DNA of 64,000 nucleotides, from contig CAYZFQ010000002.1 in assembly GCA_964477895.1 (NCBI GenBank), forward strand, positions 278,851 through 342,850. The letters run 5' to 3'. Shown here piece by piece: positions 8,185-16,438 of the stretch. The DNA is from an uncultured Bacteriovoracaceae bacterium. GTDB lineage: Bacteria > Bdellovibrionota > UBA2428. The translations under genes and the position numbers were made by a program. Under the pieces are notes generated by a model that worked only from the letters and a program-made list of their open reading frames with translations, was not told the DNA's origin and searched no databases. Every line of letters begins with the position of its first letter. Positions within the stretch are counted from its first letter, which is position 1.

Positions 8185-9219
8185 TCATTTTACAAAAGCT
8201 TGGCGACGCGCCTCGGCCAGCATTTGCGCCACCGAAACTTTTAGGATCAGCGGTCGACCCCAAGCCTTCACAAAGATAAAGCGCAGACGCCCGGCCCGGT
8301 CGAGCTTTTTGTCGAGCTTTAGAAAATGCAAAAAATCTGCCTCCCGCATTGGACTTGGCTTGGCAAAGCGGGGTAACAGAGCCAAAAATTCATAGGCCCG
8401 CGCTCTTACAAGGAATCGGCGATGCACACTCCACTCGAGGGCAAAGCCCAATCCCAAAGCCACCGCCCGGCCATGAGGGAGTCCATGCCCCGCCTCCAGG
8501 ACATGCCCTAGACTATGGCCCAAATTTAAAACACTTCGCAGCCCTTTCACTTCAAAGGGGTCGCGCAAAACAATTTTTCTTTTTGCGGCGATGGCCGCTC
8601 GCAAATTTTTCCAAATCGAAGCTCCCAGATCTGGAACTAAACGAAGTTTTCGCCCCCATTCGTCACCCGAAAGGATCGCCACTTTCAACAGCTCCGCCCA
8701 AGCCTCTTCAGCCCTCTCTGGCCCTTGGCTTAGCAAAAGTTCGCGACATAAAATCACTCGACTCGCGGGATAAAAGGTCCCCAAAACATTCTTGGCCCCA
8801 CCCACATTCAAAGCCGTCTTGCCTCCATGGGCCGAGTCCACGGCCGCAAGCCAGGTGCTAGGAATCATTGTTAGCTTCACTCCCCGGCGGTAAACGCTTG
8901 CAAAAAATGCCCCAAAATCACCCACCGAGCCGCCGCCTAAAACAACAATCTCAAGCTCGGCAGCACCTAGGCCACTGAGCTTTTCCACCAGCCTTTCCAC
9001 TCGCGCGGGAAAGAGCTTTAAATCTTTTAGAGATTCGCCGGCAGCAAAGCCCACGCGGCGATCAAAAGAGGAAATCCATTCGGGAAATAGCTTTAAAAGT
9101 TTTTCATCAAATATGAGCAAAGCTGATTTGGAAAATTTCTTAAGCGCAGGCAAGCGGGGGCAAAAATGAAGGGGAGAACTAAACGGAGAGGTGGAACTTT
9201 TTAACGTCTTCGCTGTCAT
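8185..9219 (-). CDS. aroB: 3-dehydroquinate synthase
   Basis: GGGSVGDFGAFFASVYRRGVKLTMIPSTWLAAVDSAHGGKTALN and HSLGHVLE...HGRAVALG are DHQS signatures. The start is uncertain because the ORF overlaps the yebC stop by 41 nt. Confidence 0.88.
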   Translation of the reverse strand: MTAKTLKSSTSPFSSPLHFCPRLPALKKFSKSALLIFDEKLLKLFPEWISSFDRRVGFAAGESLKDLKLFPARVERLVEKLSGLGAAELEIVVLGGGSVGDFGAFFASVYRRGVKLTMIPSTWLAAVDSAHGGKTALNVGGAKNVLGTFYPASRVILCRELLLSQGPERAEEAWAELLKVAILSGDEWGRKLRLVPDLGASIWKNLRAAIAAKRKIVLRDPFEVKGLRSVLNLGHSLGHVLEAGHGLPHGRAVALGLGFALEWSVHRRFLVRARAYEFLALLPRFAKPSPMREADFLHFLKLDKKLDRAGRLRFIFVKAWGRPLILKVSVAQMLAEARRQAFVK

Positions 9220-9880
9220 GTAAGGCTTCGATAAATTCTTCTAAGTCTTTTTCCTGTTCGGGACTCAGCACCGTGGGGGTCTTGGGCTTGAAAGCCACTT
9301 CGGCCTTTTCTATTTCGTAACCCTGATCTGCAATATTTTTTTGCAAGCTTTCGAGATCGGAAGGATCCCCCAAGAAACGAAATTGCGAATCCTCGCCCAA
9401 ATCTTCCACTTCGTTGGCCCCCGCCATAATAGCCACTTCCTCGGCATCTAAACCAGCAGGTAGTTTGGCAATGACAGAGGCCACTCGCTCAAACATCCAA
9501 CCCACACTGTTGGTTTCGCCTAGGTTTCCTTTGTGGCGGGTAAAGGCAGAACGCAAATCCTGGACGGTTCGATTTTTGTTATCACTTAAAGTTTCGACCA
9601 AAACCGCTACGCCATGGGGCCCATAGCCCTCGTAGGTCATTTCCTCAAGGGCGGCTTCATCACTTGGGCCTGAACCTCGTTTAATCGCCCGTTCAATGGT
9701 GTCTCGGGGCATGGAATTTTTTTGAGCATCTTTAAGGGCAGAGCGCAGGCGAGGATTGGAGTCGGGAGTGGGTCCCCCAATTTTTACGGCAACCGTAATT
9801 TCTTTGGCAATTTTTGTAAAAAGCTTGCCCTTCTTAGCGCCCGAAGCAAGCCTGACTCCATGTACCCAACCGCGACCCAT
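9179..9880 (-). CDS. yebC: YebC/PmpR-family transcriptional regulator
   Basis: KKGKLFTKIAKEITVAVKIGGPTPDSNPRLRSALKDAQKNSMPRDTIERAIKRG is characteristic of the family. The N-terminal about 15 aa diverge from the usual GHSKWANIKH. Confidence 0.88.
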   Translation of the reverse strand: MGRGWVHGVRLASGAKKGKLFTKIAKEITVAVKIGGPTPDSNPRLRSALKDAQKNSMPRDTIERAIKRGSGPSDEAALEEMTYEGYGPHGVAVLVETLSDNKNRTVQDLRSAFTRHKGNLGETNSVGWMFERVASVIAKLPAGLDAEEVAIMAGANEVEDLGEDSQFRFLGDPSDLESLQKNIADQGYEIEKAEVAFKPKTPTVLSPEQEKDLEEFIEALHDSEDVKKFHLSV

Positions 9881-9883
9881 AAT

Positions 9884-11551
9884 TTATTTAGAGTCTTTTA
9901 ACATACGTCTTAGAATTTTTCCGACATTTGTTTTAGGAAGTTCGTCCCGAAATTCCACGGATCGGGGGGCCTTGTAAGCTGTTAACTTCTCCCGGGCATA
10001 TTTTAAGAGCTCTTCAGCCGTAATCGCCGGATCGCGCTTAACCACAAATAATTTAACTACTTCGCCGGATTTTTCATCGGGGATTCCGATGGCCGCCACC
10101 TCAAGAACCCCGGGATGAGCCGCCATCACGTCTTCCACTTCGTTAGGATAAACATTAAAACCGGAGACCAAAATCATGTCTTTCTTACGATCTACAATTT
10201 TCAAGAATCCATCCGGGTCGATAAAGCCCAAATCGCCCGTATGAAACCAACCGCCCTGAAGAGCCCGAGCGCTTTCTTCCTCCTGCTGCCAGTAACCTCT
10301 CATCACATTGGGCCCCTTGGCACACAGCTCTCCCACCTCGCCAGTAGGCAATATCTTTCCGTCATCGGACTGAATGCTCATATCCACCTGCGGAAGGGGC
10401 AAACCTATAAAGCCCGTGCGTTCGGTTCCGTTCAAGGGATTGCAGCAAAGTACGGGAGCGGTCTCCGTGAGACCGTAGCCTTCCGCCAAGGGGATGCCGG
10501 TGGCTTTTTTCCATCTTTCGGCCACGGCTTTTTGCACGGCCATTCCGCCGCCTACACTCACCTTAAGACGCGAAAAATTCACCTTAGAAAAATCTTTGTG
10601 ATTCATCAAAGCATTGAAGAGGGTATTCACCCCCGTAATGATCGTGAAAGGATACTGTGCAATTTCTTTAATAAACGCGGGTATGTCTTTGGGATTGGTA
10701 ATAAGAATATTTTGTGCCCCCACTCCCATAAGTAAAAAGCCATTCACCGTGAGTGAAAAGATGTGATAGAGGGGCAAGGCGGTGATCACAATTTCTTTGC
10801 CGTCTTCAAAGTAGGTGCCCATCCAGGCGGAACACTGCAAAATATTTGCGAGCATGTTGCCATGACTCAGCATCGCACCTTTAGAAACTCCGGTGGTGCC
10901 TCCGGTATATTGCAAAAAGGCCAGATCCTCCTGACCCAAAGTAGGGGCCGTAAAGTTGTGCTGGGCCCCTAGAGCCAAGGCTTCACTAAAAGTCACAGCG
11001 CTCGAAAACTTGAAATCTTTTACGAGTTTTTTCACTTTTTTAACTACAAAATTCACAATGTGTTTTTTAGGAAATCCCAGAAGATCCCCAAGCTCGGTGA
11101 CAATGACTCGGTCAATTTGAGTGCGAGAAATAATTTCTTCCAGATTGTGCGCAAAGTTTGCCATAATCACGATGGCCCGAATCCCTGAGTCTTTGAACTG
11201 ATGCTCCATTTCTCTCGGAGTGTAGAGAGGATTAGTGTTCACAACGACCAAGCCGGCCCGCAGGGCCCCGATAAGGGCCACGGGATACTGGAGCATGTTG
11301 GGCATCTGCAGGGCAATCCGATCTCCCTTCTTAAGTCCCGCCACCTTTTGAAGGTAGGCGGCAAAATTGCGACTCGCGCGGTCCAGCTCTGCAAAGCTCA
11401 TGGAGGCACCCATATTGACAAAGGCGGGCTTATCTAAAAATTTCTCCACGCATTTTTCAAAGTAGTCAGCAAGACTCTTGTAGCGAGTCATGTCGATTTC
11501 GTGAAGAACTTCTTTGGGATAACTCTTAAGCCAGGGTTTGTGCGTACTCAT
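9884..11551 (-). CDS. fadD: Long-chain-fatty-acid--CoA ligase (AMP-forming)
   Basis: 555 aa with the AMP-binding motif LQYTGGTTGVSKGAMLSH, plus GYGLTETAP and a C-terminal GKILRR. Confidence 0.88.
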   Translation of the reverse strand: MSTHKPWLKSYPKEVLHEIDMTRYKSLADYFEKCVEKFLDKPAFVNMGASMSFAELDRASRNFAAYLQKVAGLKKGDRIALQMPNMLQYPVALIGALRAGLVVVNTNPLYTPREMEHQFKDSGIRAIVIMANFAHNLEEIISRTQIDRVIVTELGDLLGFPKKHIVNFVVKKVKKLVKDFKFSSAVTFSEALALGAQHNFTAPTLGQEDLAFLQYTGGTTGVSKGAMLSHGNMLANILQCSAWMGTYFEDGKEIVITALPLYHIFSLTVNGFLLMGVGAQNILITNPKDIPAFIKEIAQYPFTIITGVNTLFNALMNHKDFSKVNFSRLKVSVGGGMAVQKAVAERWKKATGIPLAEGYGLTETAPVLCCNPLNGTERTGFIGLPLPQVDMSIQSDDGKILPTGEVGELCAKGPNVMRGYWQQEEESARALQGGWFHTGDLGFIDPDGFLKIVDRKKDMILVSGFNVYPNEVEDVMAAHPGVLEVAAIGIPDEKSGEVVKLFVVKRDPAITAEELLKYAREKLTAYKAPRSVEFRDELPKTNVGKILRRMLKDSK

Positions 11552-11566
11552 GAATTCCTTATTTGC

Positions 11567-12253
11567 TCAACCATCCAAAGAAAAGGGCGTGAAGTTAGTT
11601 CCTCGATCATAAAAGTCTTCCGATTCGGCTTTCTTTAAAAAGTTAACGGCAAGGTAAGTGGCGGGAGTCATCAAAACTTCCACTCCCACCTTAACCAGGT
11701 AGTTTCCCACCATAACTTTGAAAAGAAGGTCATTGGGCCAGTAACCGTAGAATGCCAGAGGGTAAAAAATAATAGAATCCACGCCTTCGCCTAAAATTGT
11801 GGATCCAATGGTGCGAGTCCAAAGCGCCTTGCCCTTTGTCCAAATTTTCATTTTCGCCAGCACCACGGAATTGGTGTACTCGCCGATGAAAAAGGCAATG
11901 AGCGAAGCCAGCACCAAACGCCAAGTGGCACCAAAAATTGTTTCTAGGGCGGCTTGGTGGGGCCACTCGGGTGAGGGGGGAATGCGGATCACCGCCCAGC
12001 TCATAAAGCCCGCAAAGGCTAAGGCTCCAAAACCGGCCCAAAGCACCTTTCGTCCCTTGGCAAAGCCATAAACTTCCGTCAGAACGTCGTTAAAGATGTA
12101 ACTGAGAGGGAAAAAGATCACAGCAGCACTAAAGGTAAAGCTGCCTATATTTACGATTTTTACGGCTCCAATGAGATTCGCGCAGAGCAAAATCGTCACA
12201 AAAGCCGCCATGACCAAGTCATAGTATTTGTAGACGCGTGTTTGTCTTTGCAT
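11567..12253 (-). CDS. yhhQ: Queuosine-precursor transporter (YhhQ/VUT, DUF165 family)
   Basis: 228-aa polytopic membrane protein. The motifs FFPLSYIFNDVLTEVYG, RTIGSTILGEGVDSIIF and VEVLMTPATY match the family pattern. Confidence 0.75.
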   Translation of the reverse strand: MQRQTRVYKYYDLVMAAFVTILLCANLIGAVKIVNIGSFTFSAAVIFFPLSYIFNDVLTEVYGFAKGRKVLWAGFGALAFAGFMSWAVIRIPPSPEWPHQAALETIFGATWRLVLASLIAFFIGEYTNSVVLAKMKIWTKGKALWTRTIGSTILGEGVDSIIFYPLAFYGYWPNDLLFKVMVGNYLVKVGVEVLMTPATYLAVNFLKKAESEDFYDRGTNFTPFSLDG

Positions 12254-12254
12254 A

Positions 12255-13550
12255 GTGAGTCCCGCCCTTCCCTATCTTAGAGGATTCTTTGAAAAAAAGC
12301 TTTTGCTGATCTCAACGCTTTACGTTAAAGACAGCTCCTTTGAAAGGGCACTTCGCGTGAAAGAAAGTCAAAATTCCCACATTCTCGATTCCATCTCCCT
12401 AGGCAAGATCGTGCAGATTCGCGAACGCCTACTCCAAGCTCAGGCCCGAGGACAAAAGGTCTTTCGCTTTGAATCAGGAGACCCCAACTTTTCACTAGCC
12501 CCCCACCTCGAAAAAGCGGTGGCCCAGGCGGCCGCAGAGGGAAAAACCCATTACATCCCTAACAATGGCATCCCCGAGCTGCGCAAAGCTCTTGCCGTAA
12601 AAGTTAAGGAAAAAAATGGCATTCCCGCCTCCGACAGCAATATTTTTCTCACCAATGGAGCCATGCATGCCTTGTTTGTGACTTTTTCCTGTTTGTTGGA
12701 AAAGGGCGACGAGGTGATTGTTCCTGATCCTATGTGGACCGAAGTCGTTGAGAATATCCGTCTCGCAGGCGGTGTGCCCGTGGGTGTTCCCTTGAAATCT
12801 AGCGAGGCCTTTGAATATTCGCCTACCGAGATTGAAAAGCGCATCACCCCACGCACCAAAGTTTTATTTATTAATACGCCCCACAATCCTACCGGAGCGG
12901 TTCTTGCCAAAGAAAAGCTCGGGGCCCTGGTCAACCTCGCAAAAAAACATAATCTCTGGATCGTGTCAGACGAAGCGTATGAAGATGTGATCTTCGACGA
13001 CCGAGTTCACGTTTCCACGGCAAGCCTAGCCACCGATTATAAAGAAAAAGTTATTTCGATTTTTTCTTTTTCCAAAAGCCACGCCATGAGCGGCCTGCGC
13101 ACAGGCTATATTGTGACTTTTTCCCCCACCCTGATGGATCGCATCCCCAAGCTTCTTCGCTGCACCATCAACGGAGTGAATAGCCTTTCGCAATGGACGG
13201 CCCTAGCCGCGGTCACCGGTCCGCAAAAGCATTTGTCCGACATGAAGGCCGAGTACGAAGTGCGCCGAGATTTGATGACCCAGGCCCTTCAAGACATTCC
13301 GGGCTTGCATGTGTTTAAAGCTCGAGGAACTTTTTTTCTTTGGGCTGAGATCGATCCCAGCCTTTATACTCGCCTGAAAATAAAAAATGCTGACGAGCTT
13401 TCCAACTTGTTAGCCGAAAAGGGAATTGGAAGCTCGCCCGGAGATGCCTTCGGAGAATCCTGCCACAACGCCATTCGCTTCGCCTTTAGCTGTTCAACAG
13501 AGATGGTGAAAGAAGGCGTGCCCGAGCTGCGCAAGGTGTTGCTGGGGTAG
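12255..13550 (+). CDS. Class I/II PLP-dependent (aspartate-type) aminotransferase
   Basis: Motifs are ESGDPNF, NNGIPELR, NPTGAV and the PLP-lysine motif SFSKSHAMSGLRTGY. The true start is probably downstream (for example GTG at 12357), because the ORF abuts divergent yhhQ with no spacer. Confidence 0.85.
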   Translation: MSPALPYLRGFFEKKLLLISTLYVKDSSFERALRVKESQNSHILDSISLGKIVQIRERLLQAQARGQKVFRFESGDPNFSLAPHLEKAVAQAAAEGKTHYIPNNGIPELRKALAVKVKEKNGIPASDSNIFLTNGAMHALFVTFSCLLEKGDEVIVPDPMWTEVVENIRLAGGVPVGVPLKSSEAFEYSPTEIEKRITPRTKVLFINTPHNPTGAVLAKEKLGALVNLAKKHNLWIVSDEAYEDVIFDDRVHVSTASLATDYKEKVISIFSFSKSHAMSGLRTGYIVTFSPTLMDRIPKLLRCTINGVNSLSQWTALAAVTGPQKHLSDMKAEYEVRRDLMTQALQDIPGLHVFKARGTFFLWAEIDPSLYTRLKIKNADELSNLLAEKGIGSSPGDAFGESCHNAIRFAFSCSTEMVKEGVPELRKVLLG

Positions 13551-13580
13551 TTGGCGGTTGCGGCAAATTTAACGAAAGAG

Positions 13581-13619
13581 CCGATATATGTATTTTCATA
13601 TATCGGGCACCTAGAAGCC
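13581..13619. repeat. AT-rich palindrome plus conserved 22-mer, the same family as 3223-3369
   Basis: CCGATATATG-TATTTT-CATATATCGG (13581-13606) forms a perfect 10-bp stem. It is followed by GGGCACCTAGAAGCC. The 22-mer 13598-13619 matches 3244-3265 at 20 of 22 positions. Confidence 0.6.
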
Positions 13620-13752
13620 TCTATAAACAACTCACTCTTTAGCTGGTTAAAATATTTCACCTTCCCCGGACGCAAATCGCTCAGATTCCAGAAAAGCGGA
13701 CTCGGGCACCCCAAATTTGCGCCTATTTCTTAATTTACGAAGCCTTTAAACC

Positions 13753-13768
13753 TGGCATCCCTTTTGCA
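13753..13768 (+). promoter_or_regulatory. Sigma-54 (-24/-12) type promoter
   Basis: TGGCATCCCTTTTGCA differs by 1 nt from the promoter at 447-462. The GG-N10-GC spacing is exact. It ends 42 nt before the ATG at 13811. Confidence 0.55.
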
Positions 13769-13810
13769 AGGTCCTAAGTCCAAGACCGAAAAACTAGAAG
13801 GAATTGCAAA

Positions 13811-14011
13811 ATGAAAAATCCCCGAAACACTCTCACCACTCTTCTCTTAGACTCCGGATGCTTTGCTTCTCCCAGTGCCCAGAGCTACGTAAAATCCCTC
13901 ACCAACGATGAAGTAGACGTTATGATCGAGGCTCTTAAAAAACCTAAAATTCAATCCACAATTTACCTGGCACTAGCCACCCAACGCCGCGCTAGCCTTC
14001 ACCTTGGATAG
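13811..14011 (+). CDS. Small hypothetical protein (66 aa)
   Basis: This is the only ORF downstream of the sigma-54-type promoter, with a GAAGGA RBS about 10 nt upstream. No family recognised and no signal peptide. Confidence 0.35.
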   Translation: MKNPRNTLTTLLLDSGCFASPSAQSYVKSLTNDEVDVMIEALKKPKIQSTIYLALATQRRASLHLG

Positions 14012-14022
14012 AAAGGAAAATT

Positions 14023-14994
14023 CTAAACTGACCCGGGCTTCTCCAGCGCGAGAAGATTCGCCACAAAAATCAAAGCCCCGCCCACCACTAAAGAAAAACT
14101 TAGCACTTCGTTAGGATAATCAATCCCGAGCCAAGTCGACATCAGTGAGGGGATAAAAAGCGCTAAGCAGCTAGCAGTTAGGGGCTCCGTGCAATAAATA
14201 AAAGACGCTTCCGTGGAACTCACCTTGGGCTGGTAAATAAGCATCAGCGAGTAGGCCAAGGTGGTGGCAAAAACACCAAGAATGGCCGCCATCGCCAGAC
14301 TTGAGCTGCTAAGAAAAAAGTCTCTAAGCTCCCAAATCGCTCGGGGATCTCCGGTGGGTATCCACATCAGCAAAAAAACCACAAGAAACATTGCGAAGGT
14401 GGAGGCTTCTGATCGATTGCCCTTAAATTCTTCGCGCTCAATCCAAAGAATTTGGGCGGAGAAAAAGAGAGAGCCTAAAAGAGTTTCGGCCTCACCTTGG
14501 CCAATTCCTGAACTAAATTCCTCCCAACTTAAGCCCGAGAGCACGGCAATTCCGGCCAAGACCAGCAGTGAGGCCGCGAATAATTTTCGTCCGGGAATTT
14601 TTTTGGACTTGAGGGCCCAAAAAATGGGGATCACCACAACATAAGTTTGGGTCAGAAAAGCGGATACCGAGGCCGAGGTGTGATTGAGTCCATCCATCTG
14701 AAAAAGGGTTCCCAGTCCGCCAAAAATGCCGACTCCGATGCCTTGTTTCCATTCCAGTTTCTTTATAGGAAACAACTTCTTATTTTTCCAAATTAAAAAA
14801 ACCAGGCAACCCAATCCAAATCTCAGCACCAAGCTAAAGCCGGAAAAAGACATCGAGGAAATACTTCCGTGCTGCATCTGAAAGGATTGTAACCAAGCCT
14901 TATAGATAGGAAAGCTTAGCCCCCAACAGGCCGTGGCTAAGAGCAAAAGAAAGATGGCCTGGCGGCGACCGCTCTTCACAAGGTCCTGAGCCAA
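14023..14994 (-). CDS. EamA/DMT-family transporter
   Basis: 323 aa with about 10 hydrophobic helices arranged in two repeats, the typical drug/metabolite transporter topology. Confidence 0.75.
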   Translation of the reverse strand: MAQDLVKSGRRQAIFLLLLATACWGLSFPIYKAWLQSFQMQHGSISSMSFSGFSLVLRFGLGCLVFLIWKNKKLFPIKKLEWKQGIGVGIFGGLGTLFQMDGLNHTSASVSAFLTQTYVVVIPIFWALKSKKIPGRKLFAASLLVLAGIAVLSGLSWEEFSSGIGQGEAETLLGSLFFSAQILWIEREEFKGNRSEASTFAMFLVVFLLMWIPTGDPRAIWELRDFFLSSSSLAMAAILGVFATTLAYSLMLIYQPKVSSTEASFIYCTEPLTASCLALFIPSLMSTWLGIDYPNEVLSFSLVVGGALIFVANLLALEKPGSV

Positions 14995-15581
14995 TCTTTG
15001 ATTTTTTGCACCGGACGCAAAAGACTTTCCTCTTGGCTAAGCCCCGCGATGTCGTCGAGCTTAACCCACTGCAAATCGGAAGACTCATCAGAAATCTGAA
15101 TTTGCGCCCCTGCTGCGGCCTTAAAAAGATAGCGCACATCAAAGTGAAAGTGAGCGGCTTCGGCACCTCGCTCTGGAATGGGATGAATGTCTAAGTCTAT
15201 CGGCACATCCACCAACAGCTCCACATTCTGCAATCCAGATTCTTCCAAAACTTCCCGACGGGCAATCTCTAAGGCATCTTTTTCTCCCTCACCATGACCT
15301 CCCAACTGCAGCCACTTGCCTAATTTTTTATGGTGAGTCAGAAGAAGCGAATCTTTGGCCTCGTTGAGAACAAAGCCCGAACCGGTGATGTGCCCGGGGT
15401 CATAGTAACTGCGGGCATAGGCCTCATTAGATTCTAAAAGTTTTTCAAAGCGTTTGAGTGCGGCATATTCTCGCAAATGAATGTAGGGACTTTTTTTATA
15501 AGCTTCAATAAAGGTAGCTGCGTTCACCCTATGTCTATAAATCGGAGCGGAGCTGAATGCCAGTAGCCGGCGGGCTGCCAA
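14976..15581 (-). CDS. NUDIX hydrolase
   Basis: The Nudix box GGHGEGEKDALEIARREVLEESGL is present. The start may instead be the GTG at 15537. Confidence 0.85.
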   Translation of the reverse strand: MAARRLLAFSSAPIYRHRVNAATFIEAYKKSPYIHLREYAALKRFEKLLESNEAYARSYYDPGHITGSGFVLNEAKDSLLLTHHKKLGKWLQLGGHGEGEKDALEIARREVLEESGLQNVELLVDVPIDLDIHPIPERGAEAAHFHFDVRYLFKAAAGAQIQISDESSDLQWVKLDDIAGLSQEESLLRPVQKIKDWLRTL

Positions 15582-16438
15582 CGTCGAAAACTTTGAACAC
15601 GCTGTGTAGGAAAGAGGCCTGTCACCTCGACCCCCGCCGCAAAGGCCACATGTAAGGGACCCGTGGAAGACGACAAGAGTTCCCGCGCCCCTGCGATATA
15701 CACAATAAGCTCACGTAAATTTGAAAAATCTCCCACAATAGGCATTCCATGGGTCTCGGCACCCAGCCGACTCAGCTCGAGCTTACGCGCCTCAGCATCT
15801 AGTCCACTCACTAAAAACTCAATTGTTTTTCCTTCGGCCTTCGCAACAAGTGCGGCTTCAAAATATTTGCTCACCGGCCAGTTAAGAGCGGAGCCGCGGT
15901 TGGCCACGACCACAATAAGATGGGGCGAGGGGCGAGGCGACTTCCACTGAGGGGGAACTTTAAGAGCCGGAAGCCCCGTAAACTCCGCCTGGGGCAAATC
16001 CATTTGCGCCAATAAAAAGCGCACGAGATCTAAATTATATTCCATTTCGGATTTTTCAACCCGACTGCGGTGCTGAGCTAAGGTCCGATTAAATGACCAA
16101 AGAGCGGCCAGCTTGGTGCGGGGTCCATAGGTTTTTTTAAGACGCAAAGCTTTAAATCCTTGAACGCTGCTTTTAGAAAAATGTAGGCATAGGCCGACAG
16201 CTTCTTCCCAACCTTGAGGCGCTATCATCTCTTTTGAAAAATCCGGAGCCCAAAGCTCCTCACAGAGTCCATTAAAAAGCGCCCACTCTCCCACCGCTTC
16301 GGCATAGGGAGAACAATGCAAAAGTCGTTTTTGAAAGCCGGCCTTTGCCAAGAGAGCCAAGGAAGGAAGACTCAAAAGCAAATCTCCGATTCGATCACAG
16401 CGCGATAAAACAACGGGTGGTATCATCAATGACCCCAT
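15524..16438 (-). CDS. Glycosyltransferase family 9 (LPS heptosyltransferase-like)
   Basis: LSRCDRIGDLLLSLPSLALLAKAG and the C-terminal STGPLHVAFAAGV match the GT9 pattern. I truncated the ORF to the internal Met (MGSLMIPP), because the upstream 99 codons run antisense through msbA. Confidence 0.7.
   Translation of the reverse strand: MGSLMIPPVVLSRCDRIGDLLLSLPSLALLAKAGFQKRLLHCSPYAEAVGEWALFNGLCEELWAPDFSKEMIAPQGWEEAVGLCLHFSKSSVQGFKALRLKKTYGPRTKLAALWSFNRTLAQHRSRVEKSEMEYNLDLVRFLLAQMDLPQAEFTGLPALKVPPQWKSPRPSPHLIVVVANRGSALNWPVSKYFEAALVAKAEGKTIEFLVSGLDAEARKLELSRLGAETHGMPIVGDFSNLRELIVYIAGARELLSSSTGPLHVAFAAGVEVTGLFPTQRVQSFRRWQPAGYWHSAPLRFIDIG

Noticed and set aside
12254-12356. Looked for a preQ1 riboswitch upstream of yhhQ, a frequent association.
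   Set aside because: The about 100 nt upstream on the minus strand show no short P1 hairpin followed by the A-rich ACUA tail typical of preQ1-I. They show no preQ1-II or preQ1-III-like pseudoknot features either. A covariance-model scan (Rfam preQ1 models) would be the decisive test.
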